64,000 nucleotides of DNA, taken from contig CAZZFV010000004.1 in the NCBI GenBank assembly GCA_964653855.1, forward strand, positions 5,899-69,898. Direction: 5' to 3'. Under the pieces are notes generated by a model. That model saw only the letters and a list, made by a program, of their open reading frames with translations. It did not search any database and was not told where the DNA came from. Positions 26,848 to 34,935 of this stretch are shown here, in pieces. Position 1 is the first letter of the stretch. Every line of letters begins with the position of its first letter. The stretch is from an uncultured Lachnospiraceae bacterium (GTDB lineage Bacteria > Bacillota > Clostridia > Lachnospirales > Lachnospiraceae). Made by a program: the position numbers and the translations under genes.

Positions 26848-28893
26848 TTATATCGTACCATAATTATCAAAAAAAGGAAATATGTCTTTCGCACCGCTTT
26901 CATACATTTTTTGCAAAATATTTTCGGTTTCTTTATCGTTTATTTTGTCTGCGGCATCGGATGCATTTTTTAAAATATCCGCATCGTTATAAATATCGGC
27001 AATTTTAAAGTACATTTCACCGCTTTGACGGGATCCGAATATGTCTCCGGGACCGCGTAGCCGCAAATCCTCTTCGGCGATAAAAAATCCGTCGTTTGAT
27101 TTGACAAGTGTGTTTAAGCGCTCTTTTCCCTCTTCCGTTACGTTGTCGTACATAAAAACGCAATAAGACTGCTTATCGCCTCTTCCCACTCTTCCCCGCA
27201 ATTGATGAAGTTCCGCAAGTCCGAATCTGTTTGCGTTTTCTATAAGCATGGTTGTGGCATTCGGGACATTTACCCCCACTTCGACAACTGTAGTGGAAAC
27301 AAGCACATCTATATTACCGCTTGCGAATTCGCTCATTATCTTATTTTTTTCCTGCGGCTTCATTTTTCCGTGAAGCATTTCAACCTTTATTTCGTTTTTG
27401 TATCTTTCACGTAATTTTTCCGAATAATCGGTTACGTTTTGAAGCGATGAATCCTCGTCCGAATCAACCATAGGACAGATAACGTAAGCCTGCCCTCCTT
27501 TTTTTACTTCGTCATAAATAAACTTGTACGCAGCCTCCCTGTATGATGTACCCACAACGCAGTTTTTTATGGGGAGCCTGGTGCTCGGAACCGTGCTTAT
27601 TTTTGAAATATCCATGTCTCCGTATACCATCATCGCGAGCGTTCTCGGAATCGGCGTTGCACTCATGACAAGGACATGCGGATTTTCGCCTTTTTTTAAG
27701 AAATTCTCGCGTTGTTTCACGCCGAACCTGTGCTGCTCATCGGTAATGCACAAGGAAAGCGAATGAAATTCCAAATTTTCCTGGAAAAGCGTATGTGTTC
27801 CTATCACTATATCCGTATTTTTTTCTTTTATGTCTTTATATGCTTTTCTTTTTTCAGCCTGAGTCATCGATCCCGTGAGAAGCGTGCATCTGATTCCGAA
27901 AGCCGAAAAATCTTTCGAAAGAAGCTTGTAGTGCTGTGCCGCAAGCACCTCGGTCGGTGCCATAATCGCACCCTGATATCCGTTTGATGCGGCAATAAGT
28001 AAGGCGGTTTCGGCAATTACCGTTTTTCCGCTTCCCACGTCTCCCATTACGAGACGTGCCATGACGTGTCCCGACATAAAGTCTTTTTTTATATCGTCGA
28101 TTACCGTTTGCTGGTCTATAGTCAATCTAAACGGAAGATTTTTGATAAACTCATCGACCGCACCAAAATCTTTAAATTCATACGCCGATTTAACGAGATT
28201 TTTGCTTTTCCCCATGTTCTTTAAGAACAATTTAAACAAAAAGAATTCTTCAAACACAAGACTTTTTCTTGCTTCGATAAGTGAATCCTTGCGCTTCGGA
28301 AAATGCATTTCATTGATTGCCGCGCTTTTTTTTATGAGTCCGTGTTCTTTTCTTACAGCCAACGGAATAAATTCCGGGAAATCTCCCGCATTTGTAAGCA
28401 CGCTTTTTACGGCTTTTGTGACAATTTTGTTTGAAAGCCCGTGCGTTAACGGATACACAGGCTGCAAGGCACTTTGAAGGCGGTAATAATCCTCTCTTTT
28501 ATATACCTTTGCCTGTTCAAGCTGTAATTTTTTTCCTTTTCTTTTAACCGTTCCTCTGAAAATAAAATGATATCCGGATTTTAATTCATATTTTATATAA
28601 GGCTCATTAAACCAAATAAGCTCGATTTCGTTGTTTCCGTCGGACACAACGCATGTCAATACTTTTACGCGCGAGTTAAATTTTGGCTCCGTAACACGGC
28701 TCACAAGTCCCAAAATTACGCCGGTTTCGTTTTCCTTTAAATCCTTTATCGGTGTGGGATCAAGATACGACTCATATCTTCTCGGATAAAAAGTAAGAAG
28801 TTCCCCGACACTTTTTATTCCGAGCTTATTAAACAATTTTTCTGTTTTTTCGCCTATTCCCTTTATAAGAGAAATGCTGTCCGTAAGTTCCAT
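26848..28893 (-). CDS. recG: ATP-dependent DNA helicase RecG
   Basis: GDVGSGKT, DEQHRFGV, wedge domain at the N-terminus. Confidence 0.96.
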   Translation of the reverse strand: MELTDSISLIKGIGEKTEKLFNKLGIKSVGELLTFYPRRYESYLDPTPIKDLKENETGVILGLVSRVTEPKFNSRVKVLTCVVSDGNNEIELIWFNEPYIKYELKSGYHFIFRGTVKRKGKKLQLEQAKVYKREDYYRLQSALQPVYPLTHGLSNKIVTKAVKSVLTNAGDFPEFIPLAVRKEHGLIKKSAAINEMHFPKRKDSLIEARKSLVFEEFFLFKLFLKNMGKSKNLVKSAYEFKDFGAVDEFIKNLPFRLTIDQQTVIDDIKKDFMSGHVMARLVMGDVGSGKTVIAETALLIAASNGYQGAIMAPTEVLAAQHYKLLSKDFSAFGIRCTLLTGSMTQAEKRKAYKDIKEKNTDIVIGTHTLFQENLEFHSLSLCITDEQHRFGVKQRENFLKKGENPHVLVMSATPIPRTLAMMVYGDMDISKISTVPSTRLPIKNCVVGTSYREAAYKFIYDEVKKGGQAYVICPMVDSDEDSSLQNVTDYSEKLRERYKNEIKVEMLHGKMKPQEKNKIMSEFASGNIDVLVSTTVVEVGVNVPNATTMLIENANRFGLAELHQLRGRVGRGDKQSYCVFMYDNVTEEGKERLNTLVKSNDGFFIAEEDLRLRGPGDIFGSRQSGEMYFKIADIYNDADILKNASDAADKINDKETENILQKMYESGAKDIFPFFDNYGTI

Positions 28894-28937
28894 ATATTGA
28901 CCCGTTTTCTTCTTTTTGATACTAAATATTGTATCTG

Positions 28938-28966
28938 ATTATAGCAAGTTAGAGCGTACGGTTCAA
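28938..28966 (-). promoter_or_regulatory. Sigma-A promoter (TTGAAC-17-TATAAT) for recG
   Basis: The minus strand reads TTGAAC CGTACGCTCTAACTTGC TATAAT. Confidence 0.65.
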
Positions 28967-28979
28967 GGAGTTTATTAAA

Positions 28980-29012
28980 TAAAAAATGCGTATGCCACAA
29001 TAACATACGCAT
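28980..29012 (-). terminator. Intrinsic terminator after the DAK2 (yloV-like) gene
   Basis: ATGCGTATG ttattgtgg CATACGCAT TTTTTT on the minus strand. Confidence 0.85.
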
Positions 29013-29025
29013 CAATAATTCTTAA

Positions 29026-30732
29026 TTATTCAACGGAAACAATATAATAGTATACGGGCTGATTTCCCGCATGAACATCAACTTCGACATTTCGGAAAGC
29101 GTCGGAAATCCTGTCCGAAAGCGCAAGTGCGTCGCTTTCGTCTTTTCCGGCACCGTAGTATACGGAAACAAGCTCCGAATTGTCGTCGATCATTTGAGAT
29201 ACAAGCTCAAACGCAACCTCTTCGACATCGTTTCCGACCGCCAAAATTTTCTTGTCGTCAAGTCCCATTATGTCATTTTGCTTGATATCAAAGCCGTCTA
29301 TCGAAGTGTCACGTACCGCATACGTTATCTGTCCCGTTTTAACCGACGAAAGCGATGCCGTCATTACGGCTTCGTTGTCTTCCGGCGAGTTGTCATACAT
29401 ATAATTTATCATTGCGGTAATTCCCTGCGGAACGGTCTTTGAAGGAATCACGATTATATTCTTGTCTTCCGTCAGCATTTTTGCCTGTTCGGCGGCAAGG
29501 ATAATATTTGAGTTGTTCGGAAGAATATAAATATTGTCGGCATTGATTTCTTCGATGGCATTCATAAAGTCATCCGTCGAAGGATTCATCGTCTGACCGC
29601 CTTCGATTATTTTATCGATTCCGAGACCGGAAAAGATTTCACTTAAGCCGCTTCCCGAAGAAACCGCGATAAATCCGTCCTTCTTGCGGGGTTCCGTAGC
29701 CTTCTTTGCGGGCTCCGTAACTTTTTCTTCTTCCTTTTCCTTTTCCTTCTTTAAAATCTCGTTAACACCCGAAATAACACGTTCGTTGTGTTCTTCTCTC
29801 ATATTGTCGATTTTCATACGTGTAAGCTGACCGTATGTAATCGCCCTTGAAAATGCGGCACCGGGATCGTTTGTGTGAACATGCACCTTGCAAACTCCGT
29901 CATCCGCAACAAGAACTATCGAATCGCCGATCGATTCCAAAAATTCCTTGAAATTTCTTTCTTCGCTTTCGGGGAAATCTTTTTCGAGAAGGATAATAAA
30001 TTCCGTGCAATAACCGAACTTGATGTCGGCCGTTGAAATATCGTTTGATGCGGCGCCTTTTGCTTTACCCGTGCCGGCACTTGTTGTAGCCGTAACCGTA
30101 TCAAAATCGATCGTATTTCCGTTTAATGCGGCAAACGCACCGCGCATCACTTCAAGGAGTCCCTGACCGCCCGAATCCACAACGCCCGCTTCTTTAAGCA
30201 CGGGAAGAAGCTCGGGTGTATAATCGAGAGTTTCCTGCATCTTGTCAAGAATTTCGGTAAAATACTGTTCCATGTTCTCGGCAGTGTCGCAAAGCTCTCT
30301 TGCCTTTTCGGCTCCGCTTCTCGCAACCGTCAAAATTGTGCCTTCCTTCGGCTTCATAACAGCCTTGTATGCCGTTTCAACGGCTCTTTCAAAGGATTCG
30401 GCAATTATTTCAATCGTAAGCTCGTTGTAATTCGTAATTGTCTTTGTAAATCCGCGAAGGAGCTGCGAAAGAATAACTCCGGAGTTTCCTCTTGCGCCGC
30501 GGAGCGATCCCGACGAAATTGCCTTTGAAAGCTCCTGCATCGTGGGATTTTGAAGTGCCGCCACTTCTTTTGCGGCAGACATAATGGTAAGTGTCATGTT
30601 CGTGCCCGTATCGCCGTCCGGAACCGGGAACACGTTTAATTCGTTGATATATTCCTTTTTTGCTTCCAATGTTTTTGCCGCGGTAAGAAATGCGGTCTTG
30701 AGCATCGAAGCGTCGATTGTATTTGAAGTCAC
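29026..30732 (-). CDS. DAK2 domain fusion protein (YloV family)
   Basis: DGDTGTNM Dak2 motif. The likely start is GTG at 30732, with an AAGGAGG SD 8 nt upstream. Downstream of the Asp23 gene, as in other Firmicutes. Confidence 0.9.
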   Translation of the reverse strand: MTSNTIDASMLKTAFLTAAKTLEAKKEYINELNVFPVPDGDTGTNMTLTIMSAAKEVAALQNPTMQELSKAISSGSLRGARGNSGVILSQLLRGFTKTITNYNELTIEIIAESFERAVETAYKAVMKPKEGTILTVARSGAEKARELCDTAENMEQYFTEILDKMQETLDYTPELLPVLKEAGVVDSGGQGLLEVMRGAFAALNGNTIDFDTVTATTSAGTGKAKGAASNDISTADIKFGYCTEFIILLEKDFPESEERNFKEFLESIGDSIVLVADDGVCKVHVHTNDPGAAFSRAITYGQLTRMKIDNMREEHNERVISGVNEILKKEKEKEEEKVTEPAKKATEPRKKDGFIAVSSGSGLSEIFSGLGIDKIIEGGQTMNPSTDDFMNAIEEINADNIYILPNNSNIILAAEQAKMLTEDKNIIVIPSKTVPQGITAMINYMYDNSPEDNEAVMTASLSSVKTGQITYAVRDTSIDGFDIKQNDIMGLDDKKILAVGNDVEEVAFELVSQMIDDNSELVSVYYGAGKDESDALALSDRISDAFRNVEVDVHAGNQPVYYYIVSVE

Positions 30733-30758
30733 AAGAATTTCCTCCTTAACGCCCACGC

Positions 30759-31127
30759 CTAATCAATGGCACGGACACCTTCCACCAAAACGTTTATTTT
30801 TTCTATCTTAAGCCCCGAAAATTCTTCGACCTTGTATTTTACGTTGCTAATAAGATTGTTTGCCACAGACGCAATATTCACACCGTATGAAACTATGATA
30901 TGCAAATCAATGATTATTTTATTGTCAGAAGTTACGGTAATGTTAACACCGTGCTTCAAGCTTTCTTTTTTTAAGAGTCTGGCAAGTCCGTCTTTGACAC
31001 TGTATGTTGCCATTCCGACAATTCCGAAACAGGAAGCCGCGGAAGAACCGGCATACTTTGCGATTACATCGCTGTCTACAAGAACATCACCGAGATTCGT
31101 ATTCAATGAACCTGTGTTTGAACTCAT
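30759..31127 (-). CDS. Asp23/Gls24 family envelope stress protein (YloU-like)
   Basis: 122 aa with typical Asp23 length and pattern (VIAKYAG...GV.KI.V.VEG). Confidence 0.85.
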   Translation of the reverse strand: MSSNTGSLNTNLGDVLVDSDVIAKYAGSSAASCFGIVGMATYSVKDGLARLLKKESLKHGVNITVTSDNKIIIDLHIIVSYGVNIASVANNLISNVKYKVEEFSGLKIEKINVLVEGVRAID

Positions 31128-31235
31128 ACTTTACCTCCGTAGAAAAAAATATACATGCATTCTTTAATATACTACAAATTGCGTAAAAATAAAACCCTTT
31201 TTACGAAAAGACGTAAAATCTTTTGTTTTTCATGT

Positions 31236-31268
31236 GAAAAAGAAAAAGGACGTCTAACCGACGTCCTT
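31236..31268 (-). terminator. Intrinsic terminator after rpmB
   Basis: AAGGACGTC ggtta GACGTCCTT TTTCTTTTTC on the minus strand. Confidence 0.85.
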
Positions 31269-31284
31269 CATAAGCGTACAATAT

Positions 31285-31482
31285 TTAAGCGCGCTCTACT
31301 TTGCCCGATCTTAAGCAGGAAGTGCATACATACATCTTCTTATTACCCTTGTCTGTTTTAACGCGAACCGACTTCACGTTAGACTTCCACATCTTATTCT
31401 CTCTGGCAGATACATGGCTTCTGGAGAAGCTGAGCTGCTTTCCGAAAAGACCACCTTTGTTGCAAATTGCACATTTAGCCAT
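31285..31482 (-). CDS. rpmB: 50S ribosomal protein L28
   Basis: MAKCAICNKGGLFGKQLSFSRSHVSARENKMWKSNV. Confidence 0.95.
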   Translation of the reverse strand: MAKCAICNKGGLFGKQLSFSRSHVSARENKMWKSNVKSVRVKTDKGNKKMYVCTSCLRSGKVERA

Positions 31483-31514
31483 GATATTTACCTCCTATGG
31501 TCACAAGTTTAAAA

Positions 31515-31781
31515 TTACTTTCTGAGTCCAAGCTTATCGATCAATGCACGATAGCCTTCAAGATCCGTCTTCTTGAGATATTCAAGTAAACCGCGTCTCT
31601 GTCCTACCATCTTCAAAAGACCTCTTCTTGAGTGATGATCCTTCAAGTTGTTCTGAAGATGAGCGGTAAGCTCGTTGATTCTCTCAGTAAGAAGTGCGAT
31701 CTGAACCTCGGGTGAACCTGTGTCATTGGGGGTTCTGCCGTATGCGGCAATGATTTCTGCCTTCTTTTCCTTTGTAATCAT
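31515..31781 (-). CDS. rpsO: 30S ribosomal protein S15
   Basis: [50 protein letters not shown] lies before the ATG at 31781. Confidence 0.95.
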   Translation of the reverse strand: MITKEKKAEIIAAYGRTPNDTGSPEVQIALLTERINELTAHLQNNLKDHHSRRGLLKMVGQRRGLLEYLKKTDLEGYRALIDKLGLRK

Positions 31782-31890
31782 GATTTTTCCTCCTATCAAA
31801 CTGTATTTGCCAAAAGCCAAAGAAGCGGTCGGAGTTTAGTCCGTCTTCTGAGCCTCGGTCATATAACGTCTGTCTTACGCAGACTTTGGA

Positions 31891-31919
31891 AGTATACCAC
31901 ATAATTTTGCGATTGTAAA
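31891..31919 (-). promoter_or_regulatory. Sigma-A promoter with extended -10 (TTTACA-17-TGgTATACT) for rpsO, followed by a ~105-nt leader
   Basis: The minus strand reads TTTACA ATCGCAAAATTATGTGG TATACT. Confidence 0.7.
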
Positions 31920-31953
31920 TATATTTTTTTGTAATGTAAGGCAATTATGCTCT

Positions 31954-33198
31954 CTATATCTTATGCATAAAGAGTCCCGACCTTAATTTCGGTTCAAACC
32001 ACGTTGATTTGGGAGGCATAAGAAGTCCCGCATCCGCAACCGTGAAAAGTTCAGAAATCGACGTCGGATACATCGAAAAAGCGACCTTCATGTCTTTTTT
32101 GCAACGCTTTTCAAGTTCCGTAAGTCCTCTTATTCCGCCCACAAAATCAATGCGCTTGTCGGTCTTCGGATCTTTTATCCCCAAAATTTCGTCAAGAACA
32201 TTTTCCTGTAAAACTGAAACATCAAGGCTTTTAACGGGATCCGTCATGTCGCAAATCCCGTTTTTCGCTTTTAAAAGATACCAATTGTCCGAAAGATACA
32301 TTCCGAATTCAAGTTTTTTCATGGGGCTCACCGGAACATCACTTTTTGAAACTTCAAATTTTTTGCTTAATTTATCAAGGAATTCCGTTTCACTAAGTCC
32401 GTTTAAATCACGCACAACCCTGTTGTAAGGCATTATCATAAGCTCGGAATCCGGAAACAAAACGGACAAAAAGAAATTGTATTCGGCGTTTTTGTTTTCA
32501 ATGCCTTTTAGTTTATCCTCTTCTCTTTTCTTAAGTCCCACGTTTACCGCGGAAGCCGCCCTGTGATGTCCGTCCGCGATATAAATATTTGAAATGCATG
32601 AAAATCTCTCATGGATTTTTGCTATATATTCGTCGTTATCGATAACCCACACCCTGTGCGTAATGTTGTCGTCTGAGGTAAACGAGACTTCAGGCGCGTT
32701 TTGCTTAACTTTACCGACAACGTCACGAATTTCTTTATCTTCCCTGTAGGCAAGAAAAATCGGGCCCGTTTGAGCGGACACTGTATACACATGATTTATT
32801 CTGTCGATTTCTTTTTCTTTTCTTGTATTCTCATGCTTTTTGATAACGTTGTTTAAATAATCGTCAACAGCCGCACATGCGACAATCCCGGTCTGTGTGC
32901 GATTATTCATAGTAAGCTCATAAATATAATAGCATGCTTTTTTGTCGGTTACATAAATTCCGTCTTCGATATTTTTATTAAACATTTCGGCCGCACGCGC
33001 ATAAACTTCCGGAGCATACATGTCATAATCCTCGGGAAACTGTGTTTCCGGTCTGTCAATATTTAAAAAAGAAAGAGGATCTTTTGATGCCGCTACACGC
33101 GCTTCTTCTCGCGAATAAACGTCATAAGGAAGAGCAGCAACACGTCGCGCCAACTCCGTACGCGGTCTTATTCCGTTAAAAGGTCTAATTTCAGCCAT
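31954..33198 (-). CDS. DUF1015 family protein
   Basis: MAEIRPFNGIRPR... N-terminus, 414 aa, typical of DUF1015. Confidence 0.8.
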   Translation of the reverse strand: MAEIRPFNGIRPRTELARRVAALPYDVYSREEARVAASKDPLSFLNIDRPETQFPEDYDMYAPEVYARAAEMFNKNIEDGIYVTDKKACYYIYELTMNNRTQTGIVACAAVDDYLNNVIKKHENTRKEKEIDRINHVYTVSAQTGPIFLAYREDKEIRDVVGKVKQNAPEVSFTSDDNITHRVWVIDNDEYIAKIHERFSCISNIYIADGHHRAASAVNVGLKKREEDKLKGIENKNAEYNFFLSVLFPDSELMIMPYNRVVRDLNGLSETEFLDKLSKKFEVSKSDVPVSPMKKLEFGMYLSDNWYLLKAKNGICDMTDPVKSLDVSVLQENVLDEILGIKDPKTDKRIDFVGGIRGLTELEKRCKKDMKVAFSMYPTSISELFTVADAGLLMPPKSTWFEPKLRSGLFMHKI

Positions 33199-33239
33199 AA
33201 TCGATCTCCTTTAAAAGATACATACTTTTTTTATTTAAT

Positions 33240-33261
33240 GAACACATTTAGAACACATTTA
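33240..33261. repeat. Perfect tandem duplication of an 11-mer (GAACACATTTA x2), 42-63 nt upstream of the DUF1015 start
   Basis: Read directly from the sequence: atg GAACACATTTA GAACACATTTA tttttt. Confidence 0.9.
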
Positions 33262-33379
33262 TTTTTTAATATATGCGTGTCGGGTTGATAAAACACGACA
33301 GAGAAGAAAGCCAACCCCCTAAAGGCTTTCCTTCCTCACTTATTTATTTTTTATATTTTTTCATAACTCCCCATAAGAT

Positions 33380-33414
33380 ACGGCAGTCACCCCTGACTGC
33401 CGTAATCTTTTTTT
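33380..33414 (+). terminator. Strong intrinsic terminator oriented for the plus strand, with no annotated plus-strand gene
   Basis: ACGGCAGTCA cccc TGACTGCCGT aatc TTTTTTT. On the minus strand the hairpin is followed by AUCUUAUGGGG, which is not a U-tract. Confidence 0.7.
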
Positions 33415-33468
33415 ACCGTATCGGAAACTTCATTCCCATACATACCCTTGTAAAAAGTCATGAAAAAA

Positions 33469-34011
33469 TCATTTTTCTTCAGAAATTTCTTTAACGACAT
33501 TCTTTAAATATATCAAAAATTTTTTTCTTGTGAGAATCAAAAATATCACTTCGATCACAAACATCGTAACGCATTGCGCAAGCCGTGTCACAAGCGACTG
33601 CACGCTAAAAGGCACACCGCCGAACAAGAATAACGCGCCCGTCGTAATCACAAAACTTCCCACAAATTGGTCGAGTATCGCCGCGATCAGAATTCTTAAA
33701 TTCGATTGCTTATTGTACAAAAGAAGTCCGAAACATACATTTTTAAACATCGAAGAAAATGTAATACCGAGATTTATCGTATATCCCTTGTAAAGACACC
33801 CGAGAATATCGGATATTATCCCGATTATTCCGGCATATACGGGTCCGAGGCACGTTCCCGAAACCGCACGTGCGGCAAACGTAAAACTTACCCTTGTGAC
33901 CGCTGTATCCACGGCCAGCATTCTCTCGAATATTATTTCAAGCGCAACCATCAAGCCGCAAATCGCGATGATTCGCGCGTTAAATTTTGGAATAAACTTA
34001 AATTTATGCAT
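33469..34011 (-). CDS. folT: ECF transporter S component, folate-family-like
   Basis: 180 aa with about 5-6 TMs and the pattern RVSFTFAARAVSG..LGPVYAGIIGIISDILG. The specific substrate assignment is tentative. Confidence 0.6.
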   Translation of the reverse strand: MHKFKFIPKFNARIIAICGLMVALEIIFERMLAVDTAVTRVSFTFAARAVSGTCLGPVYAGIIGIISDILGCLYKGYTINLGITFSSMFKNVCFGLLLYNKQSNLRILIAAILDQFVGSFVITTGALFLFGGVPFSVQSLVTRLAQCVTMFVIEVIFLILTRKKFLIYLKNVVKEISEEK

Positions 34012-34046
34012 GCATGTCTTCTTTTCTGAATGTTATAAATGAGAAA

Positions 34047-34640
34047 TCATATGTTGTATGTCGGTTTTTTGTATATTTTAAAAGACGGATAAAATCTGAA
34101 AATCACCTTCGCAACGATATCTTCTTCCTTAAGATATTGATTTACTTCCCAATATCTTGCGTCTTTGGATGCGTTTCTGTTGTCACCGAGCGCAAAGTAA
34201 CAGTTATCCGGAACAACATACGGGCCGAAGTCCCCGTTTATTTCTTCCAAAATATAGTCTTCTTCAAGTTTAACCGAATCGATATAGACGGCTCCGTCAT
34301 GGATTTCAACCGTTTCACCCGGAAGCCCTATGATTCTTTTAACATAATAACAGTCTTCTCCCGAATAATTGAGCGCCGGAAAAATCACGATGTCTCCTCT
34401 TTCGATCTCCGAAAAAAGCCGCCATCCGATAACCCTGTCGTCAACCATTATCGTGTTCATCATGGATCCCGACGGAATTTCCGCTTTAAATATCACGAAG
34501 CGTGTCACAAGTAAAGCCACCACTATCGCAAGCGCTATCGAAACAAACCAGTCAACGGCTTCCTTTAAAACTCTCTTTGATTTTGTGAGAGATGTGTCAC
34601 CTTTTGTTTTGTTTTTGTCTTCGTTTAAATCGTCGTTCAT
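34047..34640 (-). CDS. lepB: Signal peptidase I
   Basis: SGSMMNT (catalytic Ser box), GDIVIF, YVKRIIGLPGE, GDNRNASKDARYW. Confidence 0.93.
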   Translation of the reverse strand: MNDDLNEDKNKTKGDTSLTKSKRVLKEAVDWFVSIALAIVVALLVTRFVIFKAEIPSGSMMNTIMVDDRVIGWRLFSEIERGDIVIFPALNYSGEDCYYVKRIIGLPGETVEIHDGAVYIDSVKLEEDYILEEINGDFGPYVVPDNCYFALGDNRNASKDARYWEVNQYLKEEDIVAKVIFRFYPSFKIYKKPTYNI

Positions 34641-34738
34641 CTTATCTTCGCCCTTTTATATTTAAATTCCGATGTGTTTTTACATCTTACATGTTTTTTC
34701 GCTTTAAGAATTTTACCGTTTTCAAAATCCGTACCACA

Positions 34739-34767
34739 AGTATACTTATTTATCGATTATTTTGCAA
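34739..34767 (-). promoter_or_regulatory. Sigma-A promoter (TTGCAA-17-TATACT) for lepB and the ECF S-component gene
   Basis: The minus strand reads TTGCAA AATAATCGATAAATAAG TATACT. Confidence 0.6.
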
Positions 34768-34875
34768 GAAAAATACCGACCGCAAACCACCAAATTTTAA
34801 GTAATCCGGGGTCACGAGTCGGTATCTTTATATTTTTTAATGAGTGTCAAAACGTACGCTTCAATAACTTATCGT

Positions 34876-34935
34876 AAATCAAAGCCTGCTCTTACAAATC
34901 AAAGCTTGTCCTTATTAATCAAAGCTCATTCACAT
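34876..34935. repeat. Three tandem, diverged copies of a 20-bp unit (core AATCAAAGC) straddling the galT stop codon
   Basis: aaatcaaagcctgctcttac / aaatcaaagcttgtccttat / taatcaaagctcattcacat. By hand alignment, 16/20 and 13/20 positions are identical between neighbouring copies. Confidence 0.8.

Noticed and set aside
33344-33364. Minus-strand mini-ORF MKKYKK after GGGGAG, as a possible leader peptide
   Set aside because: The SD-to-ATG spacing is only 2 nt, and no attenuator logic is evident.
33273-33494. The 73-aa plus-strand ORF in the ECF S-component/DUF1015 spacer
   Set aside because: It has no SD, runs across three hairpins and a terminator, has low-complexity composition and overlaps the end of the ECF S-component gene.
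34012-34046. An expected THF (folate) riboswitch upstream of the folT-like gene
   Set aside because: Only 35 nt separate it from the lepB stop, which leaves no room for a riboswitch. The gene is apparently co-transcribed with lepB.
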